A DNA stretch of 20,000 nt from Methanobacteriota archaeon (GTDB taxonomy: Archaea; Thermoplasmatota; Thermoplasmata; SG8-5), in NCBI GenBank assembly GCA_013791785.1, contig VMTD01000065.1, positions 40,111 to 60,110 of the forward strand, read 5' to 3'. The notes under the pieces were generated by a model. It ran no database searches. It saw nothing but the letters and a program-made list of their open reading frames with translations, and was not told the DNA's origin. The translations under genes were made by a program, and so were the position numbers. Shown piece by piece: positions 16,201-20,000 of this stretch (positions are counted from its first letter, which is position 1; each line of letters starts with the position of its first letter).

Positions 16201-17394
16201 GCACCGGACGGAACATGGCTATCCAACACCAGCATGACACTCACGGGAAACAACTGGTCCCTCAACCGGACCTATGGCATCCTGGGCGTTTATCACTTCA
16301 CGCTTTGGGCCAGGGACCCGTCCGGTAACTTCAACAGCACTTCCGGCGTAATAACCACCGAGGATACCCAGAGCCCTGTTGCCAATGCAGGCATCGACAG
16401 GACCGTTCCGATAGGCACCCAGGTATCGCTGAATGCAAGTGCCAGCACGGACAATTACGGCATAGCGAATTACACGTGGACGCTGACGGATAACGGTGTC
16501 CAGACACTTTACGGCATGGCGGTTCCGTACACCTTCACTACAATAGGGACTTATGATGTGCTCCTCACAGTAATGGATCACGCGGGGCTCACTTCCACCG
16601 ACACCAAGATAATCACCGTTACAGGCGTGCAGACAACCGGAACAGTGACAGGAACGGTACTGAACAGCGACGGTGTGCCCATTGCCAGCGTAACTGTCTA
16701 CGTGAAGGATTCCGTTCCACGAATTGAAGATACAACCGACAACACCGGCAGTTTCATCCTGGAGAACGTTCCCCAGGGAAACCAGACCATAGTTTTCGTG
16801 CATGACGATTACAAGCGTCAGGAAATTGTGGTCACTGTGGTTGCAGGCGGTTCCGTTTCAACCGGCGACATCACCCTCTCCCTGAGCGAGAACGGTTCCC
16901 CGTGCGCCGTGTTACTGCTGATATTGATAATCATCGGCGCTGTCATTCTGTACTATCTCTACAAGAAAAAGAAGACTGCCGCCGCAGTAGCAGGTGCCAC
17001 AGTCATTGACGAGATATTCTTCATGAGCACTGACGGCCGTTTGATAAAGCATTTCACACGACGGTTGAAACCGGACATGGACCAGGACATACTCAGCGGA
17101 ATGCTGGTGGCTGTCCAGGACTTCATCAAGGACTCATTCCGCGGGGAGGAAGGCGGTCTGGAGGGGCTGAAGTTCGGCAAGTTCCAGATAGTGCTGAGCC
17201 GCGGAAAGTACACAATAATCGCCGCCCTCATCCTGGGCGACGACACGAAACCGTTCAAGCCCCAAATCGAGAAATGCCTCCGGGAGATTGAGATCAACCA
17301 CAAGAATGCCCTGAAGGAATGGGACGGGGATGTGGATACCCTCAGCGGGTCTTTCAAGTACATCAACGACCTAATAGAAGGCAAGTACGCGTAA
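10240..17394 (+). CDS. Giant secreted/surface-anchored protein (2384 aa) with carboxypeptidase-regulatory-like, PKD and Ig-like domains, one C-terminal TM and a cytoplasmic domain
   Basis: Signal peptide MTQKKYFVMMLVIIVCMPVGMIMPVNIANAQ; many CarboxypepD_reg-like segments (G-x-V-x-x-x-G-x-P...T-x-x-x-G-x-Y); at least three PKD-like units (APIADAGPNQTVDQG..., APVANAGINQIINED..., SPVANAGIDRTVPIG...) and four related Ig-like units; abundant N-x-S/T sequons; TM CAVLLLILIIIGAVILYYLYKKKK followed by about 135 aa. RBS GAGGGG upstream of the ATG. Confidence 0.93.
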   Translation: MTQKKYFVMMLVIIVCMPVGMIMPVNIANAQPIQDSTATAEMTVYGWINETGTGTPIQATVYFADMYGYGATNSTVSNLVTGYYSLNLTVTNYHYFLMHGINTAYKLNQTDAYIDESWPSFHMDMQLELAPPRSSSLSGYLLDAVTGLPLVNRSMTAASEEYLNSTVTNATGYYSMGFIPGEYTMGASSDGYESTSIRFTLAENWTIWRNITLEPLNCTLRGFVKGSGGPLDNAYVYVEEPWNVNPYGDDYSNYTISTGYYEFNLTRGTKNVGFRNDGYFTTSRPITLQAGDNWLNVTLTEEPADDCTVRGYVSDLSTSNPVHNASIRVGNINNTWGNGTIANATGYYEVNVIASDLRMEAEYWDYDAQYVRNGTKLTIMAGQTLWQNFTLTNYSEPQASLRGNVTLDGVPIDQASINMNTWSDRYGVSPDPSGYYEMDFYAGYAEFSARSWVYDKTSNIESLVLVLQPNETYWHDFDLYSLDFDSVLVGRVTDQGSQAVEGCLYYFTNGVNSESTFQTASISDFNGTYEIGLPTGENIAYMALALGYEMQTGEFVLGQEWNWNNITLQSLGTMVTIRGYLTDLEYNPISGHEMMTGGTGWMNWTGTNTSGYYETEVPMGDVLISSQVEGYYDPGNLYLNTGSGNDVWLNISVRPKPLTYEIRGTVKESDSTPVPDATVFAESGDSRYQTMTDFGGNYTLLIPGDSIEISVRADGYGTGEQAYVNANPWNTALSWQNLTLDRGNAWFEGPMTEYLEDIDGDGKYDWLYLNVTVNASVAGSYSIDGNLYQSEWNTGGGGMFGGSSARASNEDKELGTGPNTVTLAFSGPQIFLVGSEVNFVELLVRDNNWNTLDRMIKPITSHDFTEFDSPDIEMATPRHTFGPIDTDFDGLYNLLLFNTTVEVLEEGDYAFMGQLYNVPSGSNNRDMQELDSQMTVMHLAPGNHTIEFAFSGTAIYNSGWHLGLASFTVFNNSIGMSQSSMVAASQAYVPYDYRQFQSYPVDSMVYGWVNDSGNSPIENLRVEIYNVSNRYVNVTHTNATGYYELGGWEGSWLLVMDDDDETFRSYQGNLTTVPLTSGVPLRSDRIMLGEVLDGNILGITFALDDWNNTVINSRMDMFNDNQTIRYDFDVYEFGNGDGFISESEVDMLMGFLGAMINMPANLTDYMNVDGFTYELDAGSTIYDIGLVGSVTSKDSVYIHQKANYTATVGIPVAASHELNVNLSYDDTFMGSMSEVNSTFVCHVVPPTGWGRTGNKTTANITFSGTDYITVDPGTDPNLNDSYEYEWANITISDSQVPTVGTISGNVTLDGRTDHSGVTVKVVNATTGIQVASGNTDSFGFYTIPGMPPGTYNVTAEKAGYAYNTTSGVDVTAGNITWVPNMVLNSYPPTISNLHYFTTVSNDTAITIYADVIDDGTVGNVTLMYSDVLGVNHSLSMTKLGGVTYRATIPAQIFTGNVTFYIIANDTIGNSARLPVMGNFTITVEEHVPPVLSNPVVISNPTEYGDSTNITVSVSDASAISSMWLYNSYTSANTSMNSTGGGNYYLNDTYLALGAYNFTIWATDSFGNVASVNGAFFVQDTVAPIADAGPNQTVDQGTIVTFNGSSSIDLVGIVNYAWNFIDSSPVTLWNVTPTHQFDTPGIYIVTLTATDSSGNNDTDTMTVTVNDTVAPVANAGINQIINEDTLMNFDGSASTDNVGIVNYTWTFTDGVPVTLYEAGPTYQFDDFGMYVVTLTVTDAAGNIHADTMTVTALDNTPPAISDVTVNPAASELGVVVNISANISDLAGMGNARLLLQYPNGTVMSNTSMTQGAGDAYYETFSCDIIGNYQFTIWATDTNNKAASASGSFWVNDTVPPTIENLSVPATVEFGDSVNITVDITDNAGMKNVTIQVFDPVGIELFNNTMNIGSYWYLFTPDETGTYNFTIWAIDGNDMVNSTKSSFAVVDTIAPEFQSVTVIPQTQEVLDNVAVRAIVDDLDSVVSCYLNLTAPDGTWLSNTSMTLTGNNWSLNRTYGILGVYHFTLWARDPSGNFNSTSGVITTEDTQSPVANAGIDRTVPIGTQVSLNASASTDNYGIANYTWTLTDNGVQTLYGMAVPYTFTTIGTYDVLLTVMDHAGLTSTDTKIITVTGVQTTGTVTGTVLNSDGVPIASVTVYVKDSVPRIEDTTDNTGSFILENVPQGNQTIVFVHDDYKRQEIVVTVVAGGSVSTGDITLSLSENGSPCAVLLLILIIIGAVILYYLYKKKKTAAAVAGATVIDEIFFMSTDGRLIKHFTRRLKPDMDQDILSGMLVAVQDFIKDSFRGEEGGLEGLKFGKFQIVLSRGKYTIIAALILGDDTKPFKPQIEKCLREIEINHKNALKEWDGDVDTLSGSFKYINDLIEGKYA

Positions 17395-17457
17395 ATCGAA
17401 GTTCAGGGAAACGGAAAACCTAATACCCCCATTGCGATTCCAATGCAGGTGAACTAA

Positions 17458-17835
17458 ATGATGCCAGGCATGAGAGGAGTAAATCCGCGGCAAATGCAGC
17501 AAGCAATGAAGAAAATGGGCATTACCCAGGAAGAATGGGACGATGTGGATGAGGTCATTATCTCGAGAGCCGGAAAGAGCTATATTTTCAAGAAGCCGGC
17601 CGTAACCGCCATAAAAATGCAGGGCCAGAACACCTTCCAGATTGTGGGCGATTACAAGGTCGTTGAGGGCAAGGTCGCCCCTGCGGCCGAAGGACCCAGG
17701 AAGCCCGATATCCCCGAGGAGGACGTGGAACTGGTTGCATCCCAGGCCAACGTTTCCCATGAAGAGGCCCGTGCTGCGCTGGAGGAGTGCGACGGGGAGC
17801 CGGCCGAGGCGATTATTAAACTGATGAGCAGGTAG
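17458..17835 (+). CDS. nac: Nascent polypeptide-associated complex protein (archaeal NAC)
   Basis: MMPGMRGVNPRQMQQAMKKMGITQEEWDDVDEVIISRAGKSYIFKKPAVTAIKMQGQNTFQIVG, with a C-terminal UBA-like segment EEDVELVASQANVSHEEARAALEECDGEPAEAIIKLM. Confidence 0.95.
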   Translation: MMPGMRGVNPRQMQQAMKKMGITQEEWDDVDEVIISRAGKSYIFKKPAVTAIKMQGQNTFQIVGDYKVVEGKVAPAAEGPRKPDIPEEDVELVASQANVSHEEARAALEECDGEPAEAIIKLMSR

Positions 17836-17971
17836 GCGCGGTATAGGCCGCGCCTGAGCGTATAATTTCAGCATGCCCCGTCTGGATGATATCAATATTA
17901 CATCTGGAGGGCGGGGTACTGGAACCGTTCTGCAAACGCGTGACACGATTCCCGTAATCATCCTTTTAAAG

Positions 17972-18238
17972 CCTCGCCTGTAAGGGCGGGGTTAGCATAA
18001 ACCGGCACACATCCCGGCTCCAAAGCTGGTTCCGGCCAACGACGTTTGTTTCCATCATGCGACGCGAAGGATGAGGGAATCGCTTCAGTGCAAGATCCGC
18101 GTAATGTGTTTCGCCTGACTCCGACTGGCCAGGCGAGTACCTGACATCCCCGCCCTGACAGGCGGGGTTTTCCAGTATACAGAAGCTTTGTATCACTCAG
18201 AATGCTGATCTAAAGTAACCCCGCCCTCACAGGCGGGG
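17972..18238. other. Structured intergenic region with three related GC-rich hairpins; possible IS200/IS605-derived remnant or structured ncRNA
   Basis: CCTCGCCTGTAAGGGCGGGG (17972-17991), CCCCGCCCTGACAGGCGGGG (18148-18167) and CCCCGCCCTCACAGGCGGGG (18219-18238). The first is in opposite orientation by its loop sequence. Also a perfect 7-bp stem TCGCCTG/CAGGCGA (18111-18117/18130-18136). Confidence 0.45.
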
Positions 18239-18328
18239 CATGCTGATTGCCAAATGCCGAACACGTCTGGATTGCGCTGAAATACCGATTACATCAGCCA
18301 TTTTCCGTTCTTGTAGACGATTCGAAGC

Positions 18329-19774
18329 CTATCGCTTCAGCAACTTGGCAATCCTGTCCCCGTAATCTTTATCGGCCTTTCTGAAATGCGCAATCATCTT
18401 GTCCTGGATTTCAACCGGTACCTGGCCCAGGCTTGAGCTGATGTTCTGGACAAGCCTCTGCTTCTCATCTTCGGGCATCAATCTGTACAGATTTCCTGGC
18501 TGGACATAATCCTCGTCCACGCCGCGCTTCTGGTCGTACCAGTCCGCGTCGCCGCTTATTTTCAATGGTGGCTCCTTGAAGGCCGGGTCAGCGGTCGGGC
18601 CTCCGAAGCTGTTTGGTTCATAGACCACCGAAGGTCCGCCGTTCCCGTCAAACCGCATGTGGCCGTCCCTCTGGTAATTGTGCACTTCCACCTTTGGCCG
18701 GTTTATCGGCAGATGTTCATAATTCACACCCAATCTGTACCTGGCTGCATCGGCATATGAGAATATTCTTGCTTGAAGCATCTTGCACGGTGAGAAAGAA
18801 ATTCCCGGAACAACATTTGCCGGTGAGAAAGCTGATTGTTCCACCTCTGCAAAGTAATTCTGAGGGTTGCGGTTCAGCTCCATGACTCCCACCTCATAAA
18901 GCGGATAATCTCCATGTGGCCATACCTTTGTCAAATCGAATGGATTCCACCGATAGGTTTCTGCCTCAGCTTCTGGCATAATCTGAACATACAATGTCCA
19001 TTTTGGATATTCTCCCTTCTCTATCAGGTTAAACAGCTGTTCTGTATGGTAGTCAGGATTCTTACCAACTATTTTATCCGCCTCTTCCTGCATGAAGTTC
19101 TTGACACCCTGCTGGGTCTTGAAATGGAACTTCACCCAGAATCGTTCATCCTTGGCGTTTATGAAGCTGTAAGTATGGCTGCCGTATCCGTTCATGTAAG
19201 GTATGCCATATGGTATTCCCCTATCTGAAAACAGAATGGTGACCTGATGAAGAGATTCAGGAACTTTAGACCAGAAATCCCACCACATGGTGTGCGATCT
19301 GAGGTTCGTCTGGGCCATTCTTTTCTGGGTGTGGATGAAATCCGGAAACTTTATTGCATCGCGAATAAAAAAGACTGGTGTATTATTCCCCACCATGTCC
19401 CAGTTACCTTCATCGGTGTAGAATTTCAGGGAAAATCCTCTCACATCACGGACAGTATCTGCGGAACCTTTCTCACCGGCCACAGTTGAAAAACGGCCGA
19501 ACATTGATGTCTTCTTGCCTATCTCTGAAAAGACCTTGGCTTTCGTAAATCGGGTAATATCATTTGTAATGGTCAAAGTACCATGGGCTCCGGCTGCCTT
19601 TGCGTGGACCACTCGTTCCGGAATTCTTTCCCGATTAAAATGTGCCAGCTTCTCCAAAAGGTGATGATCCTGGAGCAGTGTCGGGCCCCTGGGTCCTGCG
19701 GTCAAAGAGTTCTGATTGTCAGCCACTGGAATTCCTGCGGCAGTTGTCAATTTTTTCTTTTTATCTTCGGTCAT
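18329..19774 (-). CDS. katA: Heme catalase (KatA-type, about 481 aa)
   Basis: [57 protein letters not shown]...[45 protein letters not shown]...[17 protein letters not shown]: catalytic His and Asn context and the proximal heme Tyr motif. RBS AGGGGG upstream. Confidence 0.97.
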   Translation of the reverse strand: MTEDKKKKLTTAAGIPVADNQNSLTAGPRGPTLLQDHHLLEKLAHFNRERIPERVVHAKAAGAHGTLTITNDITRFTKAKVFSEIGKKTSMFGRFSTVAGEKGSADTVRDVRGFSLKFYTDEGNWDMVGNNTPVFFIRDAIKFPDFIHTQKRMAQTNLRSHTMWWDFWSKVPESLHQVTILFSDRGIPYGIPYMNGYGSHTYSFINAKDERFWVKFHFKTQQGVKNFMQEEADKIVGKNPDYHTEQLFNLIEKGEYPKWTLYVQIMPEAEAETYRWNPFDLTKVWPHGDYPLYEVGVMELNRNPQNYFAEVEQSAFSPANVVPGISFSPCKMLQARIFSYADAARYRLGVNYEHLPINRPKVEVHNYQRDGHMRFDGNGGPSVVYEPNSFGGPTADPAFKEPPLKISGDADWYDQKRGVDEDYVQPGNLYRLMPEDEKQRLVQNISSSLGQVPVEIQDKMIAHFRKADKDYGDRIAKLLKR

Positions 19775-20000
19775 AATAGTCCCCCTACTTGAATTACCAA
19801 ATGATATAATACTTTAAAATATTAAATGTTATTGCTCTTTTAAGTAATATGCTGATATCGGGACAATAATAAAGAGAATTTACTGCATAAATGCCGAGAA
19901 CGCTCAGTCCTTTAGTGATAAAGGTCAAGACCCATCTGGCTTTCAAGTCAGAGATGAATTGACAATTTACACGAATATAAGCAAAAGGTAGGCCGCCGTG

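Noticed and set aside
17966-18196. Minus-strand 76-aa ORF
   Set aside because: It covers the hairpin-rich structured region; the frame is best explained by non-coding repeats.
17972-18238. Three GC-rich repeats as a CRISPR array
   Set aside because: Spacings are unequal (about 157 and 52 nt), one copy is inverted, and there are no cas genes in the window.

Overview
This 20 kb window reads as archaeal chromosome. Support comes from an archaeal-type fibrillarin, NAC-alpha with a UBA-like tail, archaeal-type phosphopantetheine adenylyltransferase, a Thi4-type thiazole synthase, DUF835 and DUF2116-like proteins, and TATA-box-like promoters. The isolated 5S rRNA gene and the DUF835/surface-protein content suggest a Thermoplasmata-like euryarchaeote, but that is inference. 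Gene content from left to right: 5'-truncated-by-window htpX (minus); a four-gene plus-strand run (zinc-ribbon protein, DUF2116-like, coaD-like, DUF835-like); a divergent pair of 4Fe-4S protein and Lrp/AsnC-like regulator with a Cys-rich tail; MBL-fold hydrolase; two small hypothetical proteins; thi4 and an RDD/zinc-ribbon protein; 5S rRNA; NikR-like CopG regulator divergent from a thiF / sulfur-carrier / flpA cluster; a 2384-aa surface protein; NAC; a structured convergent intergenic region; and a heme catalase. The most interesting points are: the giant PKD/Ig-like surface protein with one TM helix and a compact cytoplasmic domain; a NikR homologue lacking two of the four canonical Ni ligands; the coexistence of a His-type (sulfide-dependent-like) Thi4 with a thiF/sulfur-carrier pair; a composite dispersed repeat built on TTTTAGA tandem units present in two intergenic copies; and a structured intergenic element with three related GC-rich hairpins. 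I see no clear defence system, CRISPR array or intact mobile element.
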